Shown here: positions 15,170-23,428 of the stretch, piece after piece
Position numbering within the stretch: position 1 is the first letter of the stretch
How the letters are laid out: each line of letters starts with the position of its first letter
From: Thermoplasmatota archaeon
Lineage (GTDB): Archaea; Thermoplasmatota; E2; JACPAO01; JAHFTW01
Reading direction: 5' to 3'
DNA: 40,766 bases
Assembly (NCBI GenBank): GCA_041618195.1
Contig: JBFJNL010000002.1
Span: forward strand, 1-40,766
The notes under the pieces: generated by a model
Database searches by the model: none
Seen by the model: only the letters and a program-made list of their open reading frames with translations
What the model was told of the DNA's origin: nothing
Made by a program: the position numbers and the translations under genes

Positions 15170-15805
15170 GTGGGCCACATCCTCATTGTGGATGATGAGC
15201 CAGATATCCTGGACTCCATGCAAGCATTGCTCGAGAGCCTGGGGTATCAAGCATCGTGCGTGACGGATCCCGATGATGCCCTGGTGTTCGCTGCCGAGCA
15301 TCAGCCGGACCTCATCCTGCACGACCTACGCATGCCGGGGCTGAGCCTGGCCGGCATGGTGGCGAGCCTGCGCAGCCATTCGGCCACCGCAGAGATCCCT
15401 TTGGTGTTCTTCTCGGCTCATCATGACCTGCCGCGCACGGCGGCCAAGTACGATGCCTGGGGGTACCTGCCCAAACCGTTCACCGAGCCGCAACTGGTGG
15501 CGCTGCTCGATGCCGCCATCGGGCGACGGCCCCCCGGCCATGATGCCCAAGCGGACCCGAAACGCGCCATCCAGGACCTGTTCCACGATTACTGGAACAC
15601 CTTGTCGGCCATGGCCATCACCACGCGGACGCTGGTGCGCAGCGACACCGTCCGTGGGGACGACCGGCGTGCGGCCATCCAGTTGGACGAGCTGTTGCTG
15701 AAGCTGGAGTCGAAGACGGATCGCCTACGCGCCAACCTTGCCGCGCTGATCGAGGATGCGGCGCACGCGCCGGACATCGCGGCCGGTCGGCAGCGTCACC
15801 CGTGA
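15170..15805 (+). CDS. Response-regulator receiver domain fused to a DHp/HisKA-like helical domain (no ATPase domain)
   Basis: REC motifs ILIVDDEPD, phospho-acceptor Asp in LILHDLRMPG (about nt 15323), LPKPF. The C-terminal 80 aa contains an H-box-like LFHDYWNTLSAM (His at about 15584) and heptad-like LDELLLKLESKTDRLRANLAALIE. Start uncertain (GTG 15170, TTG 15161 or ATG 15092). Confidence 0.8.
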   Translation: MGHILIVDDEPDILDSMQALLESLGYQASCVTDPDDALVFAAEHQPDLILHDLRMPGLSLAGMVASLRSHSATAEIPLVFFSAHHDLPRTAAKYDAWGYLPKPFTEPQLVALLDAAIGRRPPGHDAQADPKRAIQDLFHDYWNTLSAMAITTRTLVRSDTVRGDDRRAAIQLDELLLKLESKTDRLRANLAALIEDAAHAPDIAAGRQRHP

Positions 15806-17232
15806 GGGCGCTTCGCTCGCACTTCGTACAGGTCATGGCGTCGGTCGCGCAGCTGCATGACCGTCCCTCGGCGCCGTTGCCGCCGTAGCACTTCCAGATC
15901 GATGTCCCCGACCACGACGGTCTCCACGTTGGGGTCCGCCTGAGCAGCGATGCCGTCGCGCGGGAAACTGAAGTCGCTGGGCGTGTAGATGCCCGATTGG
16001 GCGTACTGGATGTCCATGTTCTCGGACTCCGGTAGGTTGCCCACGGTGCCGGACGTGACCACGTACACCTGGTTCTCGATGGCCCGGGCCTCGGCGCAGC
16101 GCGTGACACGCAAGTGTCCCTGGCGGTCCTCGGTGCAGTACGGGACGAACAGGATGCGGGCGCCGCGGTCGACCGCGATGCGGCTGACCTCGGGGAACTC
16201 CACATCGTAGCACACCTGGATGGCGATCTTGCCACAATCCGTGTCGATGACCTCGATGCGGTTGCCGGGTTCGACACCCCACCAGCGGTGTTCGTTGGGG
16301 GTGATGTGCAGTTTGTACTGCCGGGCGATGGAGCCATCGCGCCGGAACAGGAACGCCACGTTGTGCAGCCGCCCCTCCTCCTCGATGATGTGCGTCCCCG
16401 CCAGGATGTTGATGTTGTAACTGACCGCCAGGTCGGCGAAGTGCTCGATGTATTGGTCCGTGTACTTGGTCAGTTCGCGGATGGAGGTGTTCGGGCGTTT
16501 GTCTTCGATGCAGCTCAAGAGCTGTGTCGTCAGCAGTTCCGGGAACACGGCGAAGTCGCTGCCATAGTTGGCGGCGATGTCGGTGAAGTACTGGGTCTGC
16601 TGGGCGAAGTCGGTGAAGTCGCGCAACTTGCGCATCTGGTATTGGATGACGCAGACGCGCACGGGCTCGGCGGCCTTGGTCACGCGCTTGCCGGAGGCGC
16701 GGTGCTCGATGTTGCTCCACTCCATCAGGACCGCGTAGCCATGCGATTCCTTGTCGTTGGGGATGTACTCGCGCATGATGCGCTTGGGCACGAAACCCTG
16801 GGATGTCTGGAAGCCCAGCACCGGGTCCCACAGCTTACCCTGGCGGACGGCGGCCACGTACTGCTTGGCCGTCATGGTGTCGGCGTGCTCGTGGTACTTG
16901 GGCATGCGGCCGGCGATGATGATGCGTCGCAGGTTCATCTCCTCGCACAGCTCCTTACGGGCGTCGTAGAGGCGCTCGCCGATGCTCATGCCGCGCCATT
17001 CGGGGTCGACCATGACCTCGACGCCGTACAGGTCGGGGCCTTCTGGGTCATGGGTCTCCAGGCTGCCGTTGCCCGTGATGGCATCGAACGTATGGCGCTC
17101 GCCGTATTCGGCGAGGTCGACGATGAGGCTGCTGGCGGAGCCGACGATGACGTCGTCTGCTTCCACCACGATCTGGCCTTCGGGGAAGACGCGCTGGTGC
17201 TGGACCAGGTGTTCGCGGCGCCACGGTTTCAT
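15796..17232 (-). CDS. Bifunctional GNAT N-acetyltransferase / carbon-nitrogen hydrolase family protein
   Basis: GNAT core (VEVMVDPEWRGMSIGERLYDARKE) followed by a nitrilase-superfamily domain with Glu (AVFPELL), Lys (RQYKLHITPNE) and Cys (QVCYDVEFPE). The in-frame upstream sequence to TAG 17368-17370 also looks like GNAT N-terminus but has no ATG/GTG/TTG (see findings). Confidence 0.88.
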   Translation of the reverse strand: MKPWRREHLVQHQRVFPEGQIVVEADDVIVGSASSLIVDLAEYGERHTFDAITGNGSLETHDPEGPDLYGVEVMVDPEWRGMSIGERLYDARKELCEEMNLRRIIIAGRMPKYHEHADTMTAKQYVAAVRQGKLWDPVLGFQTSQGFVPKRIMREYIPNDKESHGYAVLMEWSNIEHRASGKRVTKAAEPVRVCVIQYQMRKLRDFTDFAQQTQYFTDIAANYGSDFAVFPELLTTQLLSCIEDKRPNTSIRELTKYTDQYIEHFADLAVSYNINILAGTHIIEEEGRLHNVAFLFRRDGSIARQYKLHITPNEHRWWGVEPGNRIEVIDTDCGKIAIQVCYDVEFPEVSRIAVDRGARILFVPYCTEDRQGHLRVTRCAEARAIENQVYVVTSGTVGNLPESENMDIQYAQSGIYTPSDFSFPRDGIAAQADPNVETVVVGDIDLEVLRRQRRRGTVMQLRDRRHDLYEVRAKRPHG

Positions 17233-17406
17233 GCCGGGGAAGCAGCGCAGCTGCAGCTCGATGATGTTGTCGATGTCGTCGTTGGTCGCCTGGCGGACCG
17301 TGAGCGTCGTCTCGAAATCGGTCAGGTCCCTGGGTTCGTCGCTGATATTCGGGCGCAGCGGCTTCTGCTACTCAACCCCTGTGGCGGGTCGAAGAAAGAC
17401 CGGCCG

Positions 17407-17426
17407 GCCCGCCCCCGGGGGCGGGC
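17407..17426. repeat. Perfect 20-bp GC palindrome GCCCGCCCCCGGGGGCGGGC
   Basis: Self-complementary 10+10 nt in the 110-bp gap downstream of the 17479..18036 gene and upstream of the GNAT-nitrilase gene. Possible hairpin; its role in archaeal termination is unproven. Confidence 0.7.
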
Positions 17427-17478
17427 GTCGTGCTGGCCGTCGCGGGGTGGCGCTTGGGCGGTCTCGGCGGGGGCCTGT

Positions 17479-18036
17479 TCAGGCGATGCGCTGGACCTGG
17501 ATCATGGGGTCGAGTCCGGGGCCCAAGACGACGCGGACGGCTTCCAACGCACCGCGGTTCGGGCTGCCGGGCTTGGCGGCACCGCCGTCGAGGGCATTGA
17601 AGAGCCCCTGGTGGCATGGGTCGATGAGCCACAGTCCCGGAGCGCCGATGTCGAAGGGCGACAGGCCGGCGGAGCAGCCATGAAGCGTGGTGCGGGCGTC
17701 ATAGGCGATGAACACGGAATCTTCGCGCGGATGCTTCGTCGCGGGGGGTGGTGCGAAGCCCTGTGAGATGGCATCGTCCAACGCCCGTTGGCTGACCTTG
17801 ATGACCACGAAGGTGCTGTCGCCGAGGACCACGCCATGTGCCGCGACCGGGGTCTCGCCGGCCAACGCCGAGAGCCGCAGTGGATCCGGCCCGGGCTCGT
17901 CGCGGTTGCCTTCGGTGGCCAACAGCGTCTGCGCTTCGCGCATCGGCGGGGAGAGACTGGTCGTCACCAGCAGCACGACGATGACGCCGGCCACGAGCAG
18001 CGTAGACGCTCCGACGAACGACCGCATGCGGTCCAT
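17479..18036 (-). CDS. Membrane-anchored protein with degenerate Rieske-like motifs
   Basis: N-terminal TM helix (LLVAGVIVVLLVTT). The C-terminal part has LHGCS ... DPCHQGLFNALDGGAAKPGSPN, resembling Rieske boxes CxHxGC ... CPCHGSxF...GPA, but with the two cluster-ligand Cys positions replaced (Thr, Asp). Confidence 0.45.
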   Translation of the reverse strand: MDRMRSFVGASTLLVAGVIVVLLVTTSLSPPMREAQTLLATEGNRDEPGPDPLRLSALAGETPVAAHGVVLGDSTFVVIKVSQRALDDAISQGFAPPPATKHPREDSVFIAYDARTTLHGCSAGLSPFDIGAPGLWLIDPCHQGLFNALDGGAAKPGSPNRGALEAVRVVLGPGLDPMIQVQRIA

Positions 18037-18087
18037 GCCCGATCATCGGCGGCGGAATGGATAGCGCTTGCGCGGTCGGATGGCGGC

Positions 18088-19146
18088 TCAGAACGTGAAC
18101 ACGGCGCGGAAGCGCATCTGATTGGCCAACAGCTTCTCCTGGGCGGCGGCGATGTCTTCGAGTTTGAACGTCTCGATCATCGGGGCGACGCCTTTGACGG
18201 CGCCGAAGCGCAGCAGGTGTTCGATCTCGCGCGGCGTGCCGATGACGCTGCCGACGATGCCCTTGTCGTTGCCCAGGAACTCGTACGCAGGTTGCGTGAT
18301 GTGATCGCTGCTGACCCCGACGATGGCCATGCGCCCATCGGCGCCCAAGCCTCTGAACAGCGGGTTCATGGCGTCGCCACTGGGGGCGGTGCACAGGATG
18401 CCCCGCGCGCCGCCCAGCGCTTGCAGCGCCTTGGCCGGGTCACCGGCGTCGACGTCGATGTAGTGGTCGGCGCCCAGCTGCTTGGCCAAATCGGCCTTGG
18501 CGGCGCCTCGACTGACGGCGACGGTCTCGAAACCCATTTTGCTGGCGTATTGGACGGCGAGATGGCCTAGGCCACCGATGCCCTGGATAGCCACCAGGTC
18601 GCCGGGTTCGGCCTCGGTCCGGCGCAAGCCGTTCCACACCGTGATGCCGGCGCACATGATCGGGCCGGCATGCTCGAAGGACACGTCTGTGGGGATGCGG
18701 GCCAGCGCAGTGTGGGGGGCGACCATGTGCTCGGCGAAGCCGCCGTCGTAACTGCTGCCGCAACCCAGTCGATCGCGGCACTTCAGGAACCGTCCTTCGC
18801 GGCACGCGTCACAGTTCTGGCAGTGGCCGCCGTGCCAGCCGATGCCGACCCGGTCGCCTTCCTTCCACACCGATGGCACGTCGTCGCCGAGTGCTTCGAT
18901 GGTGCCTGCGACCTCGTGGCCGGGGACGCGTGGGAACGTGTTGCCGGTCCAGCCCTTGCGGATGTTCTCGTCGCTGTGGCAGTAGCCGCAGGCATGGACG
19001 CGCAGGCGGACCTGGCCGCGGCCGGGTTCGGGGGCCGGGCGATCGATGATCTGGTAAGGCGCGCCGGCGGCGGCGACCTGGGCGGCAAGAGACACATCCA
19101 GGGCAGATGTCTGGCCCTTGATGGGGCTTCGCCCAGCGCAGGGCAC
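18088..19146 (-). CDS. Zinc-dependent alcohol dehydrogenase (MDR superfamily)
   Basis: ACGYCHSD ... GHEVAG (catalytic Zn), CQNCDACREGRFLKC (structural Zn), GIGGLGHLAVQYA (NAD-binding Rossmann). Confidence 0.9.
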   Translation of the reverse strand: MPCAGRSPIKGQTSALDVSLAAQVAAAGAPYQIIDRPAPEPGRGQVRLRVHACGYCHSDENIRKGWTGNTFPRVPGHEVAGTIEALGDDVPSVWKEGDRVGIGWHGGHCQNCDACREGRFLKCRDRLGCGSSYDGGFAEHMVAPHTALARIPTDVSFEHAGPIMCAGITVWNGLRRTEAEPGDLVAIQGIGGLGHLAVQYASKMGFETVAVSRGAAKADLAKQLGADHYIDVDAGDPAKALQALGGARGILCTAPSGDAMNPLFRGLGADGRMAIVGVSSDHITQPAYEFLGNDKGIVGSVIGTPREIEHLLRFGAVKGVAPMIETFKLEDIAAAQEKLLANQMRFRAVFTF

Positions 19147-19207
19147 ATGGTAGGGCGATGCCCGAGCGGAACGGTGCTGCTATCAGGTGCCTGTAATCTT
19201 GCGTGGC

Positions 19208-19642
19208 ATGGGAAGAAAGAGCACTGCAGCAGTCGGTCGTTGGGCGATGGCCATCATCCCCGGGCTGGTCTTGTTGTTCGGGGGTCTCTCCAAGTTCACC
19301 GAGGCCGCCCAGTGGGAGGCCGACTTCGCGTCCTGGGGCTACCCGGTCAGCATGGTGCCGGTCCTCGGGGTCGTCGAGGTGTTGGCCGCTGTGGCGATCC
19401 TTGTGCCGCGCAGCCGTTTCTACGGCGCTGCCGCCATCATCGTCATCATGCTCGGGGCTTCCGTGACCCGTGTGATCAATGGCCAGTTCGGCCCGGGCGT
19501 CTTCACCCTCGCCATCGCCGGCATCGCCGGCATCTCGGGATGGTGGGCTCGCCCCGCTTGGTTCCACGACCTCGTCATCCGTGAGAAGGATGGGGGTGCA
19601 CAGGTGCCCAAGCCGGGCGCCTCCCGTCGCATCAAGAAGTGA
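19208..19642 (+). CDS. DoxX-family membrane protein
   Basis: Four predicted TM helices with a DoxX-like pattern (GGLSKF ... VEVLAAVAILVPR ... MLGASVTRV). ATG 19208 preferred over the track start 19187. Confidence 0.8.
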   Translation: MGRKSTAAVGRWAMAIIPGLVLLFGGLSKFTEAAQWEADFASWGYPVSMVPVLGVVEVLAAVAILVPRSRFYGAAAIIVIMLGASVTRVINGQFGPGVFTLAIAGIAGISGWWARPAWFHDLVIREKDGGAQVPKPGASRRIKK

Positions 19643-19979
19643 TCTCGGCCGTCAGGGTGTTGGAGGCGGCCCATGCGTCAAGGGCGCCGAACACCTGCCT
19701 GAGCCGCAGCGCCTTGTCGGTCGCCTGGTAGTCGACCCTTGGCGGTATCTCGTGGTATGCGGTCCGCGTGATGAGCCCTGCCTCGGTCAAGGTCTTGAGC
19801 CGCCCGCTCAACGTGTTGGGGCTGATCTTGAGGCGCCGCTCGACGTCGTTGAAACGCACCGGGCCATCGGACTGGATCAACGTGTGAAGGATATCCAACA
19901 TGTGGGCCTTGCCCAGCATCTTGAACAGATCGCCGATCTGGCAGCCGTGCTCGGCGGAATCGCAAGGGCGTTCGGACAT
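19632..19979 (-). CDS. HxlR-family transcriptional regulator (second copy)
   Basis: CQIGDLFKMLGKAHMLDILHTL ... VRFNDVERRLKISPNTLSGRLKTLTEAGLI ... PPRVDYQATDK. Confidence 0.9.
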   Translation of the reverse strand: MSERPCDSAEHGCQIGDLFKMLGKAHMLDILHTLIQSDGPVRFNDVERRLKISPNTLSGRLKTLTEAGLITRTAYHEIPPRVDYQATDKALRLRQVFGALDAWAASNTLTAEITS

Positions 19980-20061
19980 AGGTTCTCAATGGGTAGTCGC
20001 TACTGATTGTATATCAATAGGCTACTTCGGGGGGTCGGAGCCACTCCAATACTACGGACTG

Positions 20062-20078
20062 AGGAGTCTAATACTCCT
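20062..20078. promoter_or_regulatory. Inverted repeat AGGAGT-CTAAT-ACTCCT overlapping a TATA-like element upstream of doxX
   Basis: 6-bp arms flank CTAAT, about 20-30 nt before ATG 20097, in the divergent hxlR/doxX gap. A second AT-rich element ATTGTATATCAAT (20006-20018) lies about 30 nt from the hxlR start. Confidence 0.35.
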
Positions 20079-20096
20079 GCCTGCGTACTACCGATC

Positions 20097-20492
20097 ATGG
20101 ACTCCGCCACCCACAGCAAGCGCACCACCATCGTCATCTGGACCCTGTCCGGTCTGCTCGCCTTTGCGTTCCTGGCCAGCGGCGCCGGCAAGCTCGCGGG
20201 CGCCATGACCGAACAACTCAACGCCGGGCTTGGCGTGCCCACCTGGGCCGTCCCTGTCATCGGCGCCATCGAGCTGTTGGCGGCCATCGCCATCCTCGTC
20301 CCCAAGGTCCGCGTCTACGCCGCCGCGGTGCTGGTCGCGACCATGGTCGGCGCCGTGCTGGCCCACCTCGTGGCCGCCGACTTCGCCGGTTTCGTCGCCC
20401 CGTTCATGCTTGGCGTCCTCGCCGCTATCGTCGCCTGGATCACCCGCCCCGTCTGGGTCCGCGAGCGTCTCGCCGCCGGTGCCACCGCATGA
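20097..20492 (+). CDS. DoxX-family membrane protein
   Basis: LLAFAFLASGAGKL ... IGAIELLAAIAILVP ... MVGAVLAHL. ATG 20097 (MDSATH). The stop overlaps the next start (ATGA). Confidence 0.85.
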   Translation: MDSATHSKRTTIVIWTLSGLLAFAFLASGAGKLAGAMTEQLNAGLGVPTWAVPVIGAIELLAAIAILVPKVRVYAAAVLVATMVGAVLAHLVAADFAGFVAPFMLGVLAAIVAWITRPVWVRERLAAGATA

Positions 20493-21058
20493 ACGCCGTC
20501 CTCGACGCCCGCGTCCCGGCCCACCCCGTCGACCAACGCTTCGTCCAGCGCTGGAGCCCCCGCGCCTTCGACGTCGACCCCATCGCCGACGACCACTTCC
20601 GCGTCATGTTCGAAGCTGCCCGCTGGGCGCCCAGCAGCATGAACGAACAACCCTGGTCCTTCGTCGTCACCACCGATGGCGAAGGCCGCGACCGCATGGA
20701 CGCCACCATCATGCCGGGCAACCGCGCCTGGTCCGACGCCGCCCCCGCCGTGCTATGGGTCATCGCCAAGACCACCTTCAAAGACGGCACCCCGAACGGC
20801 CACGCCTTGTTCGACACGGGCGCTGCCACCATGCAGCTGGTGCTGCAGGCCGATGCCATGGGCTACCGCACCCACTACATGGGCGGTATCGACGCGGCAG
20901 CCGCCCACACCGCGCTCGGACTCGACGCTGAACACGTCGTCACCTGCGCCATCGCCATGGGCCGCCAGGGCGACCCGTCGGGTCTGCCCGAGTGGGCCCA
21001 GGCCCGCGAGACCCCCAGTGGTCGCCGTGCGCAAGAGGAGTTCGTCAGCTATGCCTGA
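20489..21058 (+). CDS. Nitroreductase-family flavoprotein
   Basis: RWSPRAF ... ARWAPSSMNEQPW ... typical nitroreductase fold pattern, about 190 aa. Confidence 0.9.
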   Translation: MNAVLDARVPAHPVDQRFVQRWSPRAFDVDPIADDHFRVMFEAARWAPSSMNEQPWSFVVTTDGEGRDRMDATIMPGNRAWSDAAPAVLWVIAKTTFKDGTPNGHALFDTGAATMQLVLQADAMGYRTHYMGGIDAAAAHTALGLDAEHVVTCAIAMGRQGDPSGLPEWAQARETPSGRRAQEEFVSYA

Positions 21059-21115
21059 ACAGGCCCACCGCATCCTCAGGCGAGCCTCTTGAGCGCCGTC
21101 GCGTCATCCCCCGGC

Positions 21116-21970
21116 ATGCGCCCCGTCGTCGCGGTCGTCGACGCCATCCAGACCATCGAAGGCGAAGGCATGGTCGTGCGCCGCGCCATCCCCAACGGCA
21201 GGTTCCGCATGGTCGACCCGTTCCTGCTACTCGACCACATGGGGCCCAAGGCATTCGCCCCCGGCGAGGGCAAGGGTGCCCCCGATCACCCCCACCGTGG
21301 TTTCGAAACGGTGACCTACATCCTCGACGGCCGCCTCCAGCACAAGGACAGCCAAGGCAACGTCGGCGACCTCAACACTGGAGACGTGCAATGGATGACG
21401 GCCGGCTCCGGCGTGGTCCACAGTGAGATGCCCCACCCGGATCTGCAGAAGACCGGGGGCGTCGTGCATGGCCTACAACTGTGGGTCAACCTGCCCGCCG
21501 CAGACAAGCTCATGCAGCCGCGCTACCAGGACATCTCGTCGGCAGCCATTCCGGAGGTCGCTATCGATGGTGGCAAGGTCCGTGTCATCGCGGGCTCCTT
21601 CCAGGGCACCGATGCCATCATCGATACCCGCACCCCCATCACGTACTTGCACGTCATCCTCGACGGCGGCGACGTCGCCCTGCCTGTGCCGCCAGGCCAC
21701 AACGCCTTCGCCTACGCCATCAGCGGCGCTGGGGCGATCGCCGGCCACGCCATCCAGGAAGGCCAGATCGCCGCACTGGGTCCTGACGGGGCGACCATCG
21801 ACGTCGCCAGCGACGCCCCACTCAGCCTGATCTTGGTCACTGGCAAGCCCCTCGACGAGCCGGTGTTCCAGTGGGGGCCGTTCGTCATGACCAACCGCCA
21901 GGAGATCGAGCAAGCGGTCCGCGATTACCAAGAAGGGCGCATGGGGAGCATCCCTGCGACCGTCGGCTGA
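21116..21970 (+). CDS. Pirin-family protein (bicupin)
   Basis: RFRMVDPFLLLDHMGP ... PDHPHRGFETVTYILDG ... GDVQWMTAGSGVVHSEMP are canonical pirin metal-site motifs. TTG 21089 is an alternative start. Confidence 0.93.
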   Translation: MRPVVAVVDAIQTIEGEGMVVRRAIPNGRFRMVDPFLLLDHMGPKAFAPGEGKGAPDHPHRGFETVTYILDGRLQHKDSQGNVGDLNTGDVQWMTAGSGVVHSEMPHPDLQKTGGVVHGLQLWVNLPAADKLMQPRYQDISSAAIPEVAIDGGKVRVIAGSFQGTDAIIDTRTPITYLHVILDGGDVALPVPPGHNAFAYAISGAGAIAGHAIQEGQIAALGPDGATIDVASDAPLSLILVTGKPLDEPVFQWGPFVMTNRQEIEQAVRDYQEGRMGSIPATVG

Positions 21971-22000
21971 TTCAAGGACCCCCTCTGACTGCAAGGCTCC

Positions 22001-23428
22001 GTGGCCCGCCACGCACCTTCCCACCGACGTGAACTGATCCGCCGCCTGAAGCGAGGCGAGCACCCCGTCGACCTGCTGGAAGAGGCGCGGGAGATCGATG
22101 ATCCAGGCCATGCCGCCAGCGCTCTCGTCCGGCTGGCAGGCGACCCCCGCTTCCCGGTCAAGAAGGCGGTGCCCATCCTCGTCGAAGCACGCAAGTTGCT
22201 GCGCCGCATGGACCGCCCGACCCGTATCGGCGAAGCCTGGGGTGAAGTGCTCTCGCAACTCGACGATTGGCACCCCGGTCACGGCGACCGTGAGAAGATC
22301 GCCATCGCCGACGGCGCCATGCGTGCCGTCGAAGACATGCCCGACGGCTCCTGGACCCGCGACGCCATCGCAGCCATCGCCCCGCACGTGGATGCCATGT
22401 GCCGCGAAAGGTTGCTGCGCCGGGCCCTCAAGAACACCGGCTTCGAAGCCGACGCCAAGGACGTCCTGAAGGTCGCGCCGGCTGACGAAAAGCCTGCTCT
22501 GCTCGCCATCATCGAGGCTGCCGGTGGCGCCGCGGCGCCCCAGTTGGTCGCCCGCCTCGGCGAACAGGGCAAAGCGGTCGACGCCGCCTGGACCATCGAG
22601 GACGCCAACGAGCGCCACGAGGCCCTGCGCGTATTGATCTGGCAAGCCGACGACGCCGACACCATCGAGGCCATGAGCCGCACCGCCCACGGTCGCAGCG
22701 CTTTCGATCGCGTCACCGTCCTCACCATGACCGGTGCCCGCCTCGACCGCATGAAGCACCCCCGCGGCAAAGAGCATCTCGCCCTCGCCCACCGCCTACT
22801 CCCGGAGGTCGACGGGGCCTCGATCGCCAAGGCGACGCGCAAGCTCGCCACCGCCATGGAGCGGGCCGGTATGACCGCGCCGGAAGCGGTCGAAGAGGTC
22901 GCGGAGGTGCTGCCCGAGGTCCCCATCGACGCCGGCCAACGCTCGACGCTCGCTCTGGTCAACAGCTACGCCGGTGGTCTGGGCGCACCCCACGTGCGGG
23001 CCGTCGCCCGCGCTGCCCCCCTGTGCATGGCGTTCAACCTGGACATGGTGCTCATCGATTTCCCTGGAAGCATCGATGACATCGTCAACATGGTCGTCGC
23101 AGACTCGCAGGTGGGTGAAGGTGCAGGCTACGCCCGCACGCTGCTCGACAACGGACGCCTGCGCGTGCTGCCACTGGTCAATGGTCTGCCCGAGGCATGG
23201 CCCGGGCGTCCGGTGGCCACCACGCCGCACCCGGACCCGGAGAAGAGTCAGGATCTCCTGACGCTATCGCATCCGATCTGTCTGCTCGTCGGCATCGGGC
23301 GCCAAGGCGTCCCCAAGCGGATGCTGCACGCTGCCCAGGTCCATTACGAATTGACGGGTCAGGGCATCAGCCTGGAGACCGCGACGGCGATGGGCATCCT
23401 GGCTGATCGTCTTGGCCGCCTGGCCTAG
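22001..23428 (+). CDS. Protein with long alpha-helical N-terminal region and a C-terminal DUF531-like (SPOUT-like) domain
   Basis: The C-terminal 170 aa or so (STLALVNSYAGGLGAPHVRAVARAAPLCMAFNLDMVLIDFPG ... ICLLVGIGRQGVPKRMLHAAQVHYELTGQGISLETATAMGILADRL) matches my recollection of the archaeal DUF531 family. The N-terminal 300 aa or so is Ala/Leu/Arg/Asp-rich and predicted helical. The antisense ORF 21473..22792 is rejected. Confidence 0.5.
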   Translation: MARHAPSHRRELIRRLKRGEHPVDLLEEAREIDDPGHAASALVRLAGDPRFPVKKAVPILVEARKLLRRMDRPTRIGEAWGEVLSQLDDWHPGHGDREKIAIADGAMRAVEDMPDGSWTRDAIAAIAPHVDAMCRERLLRRALKNTGFEADAKDVLKVAPADEKPALLAIIEAAGGAAAPQLVARLGEQGKAVDAAWTIEDANERHEALRVLIWQADDADTIEAMSRTAHGRSAFDRVTVLTMTGARLDRMKHPRGKEHLALAHRLLPEVDGASIAKATRKLATAMERAGMTAPEAVEEVAEVLPEVPIDAGQRSTLALVNSYAGGLGAPHVRAVARAAPLCMAFNLDMVLIDFPGSIDDIVNMVVADSQVGEGAGYARTLLDNGRLRVLPLVNGLPEAWPGRPVATTPHPDPEKSQDLLTLSHPICLLVGIGRQGVPKRMLHAAQVHYELTGQGISLETATAMGILADRLGRLA

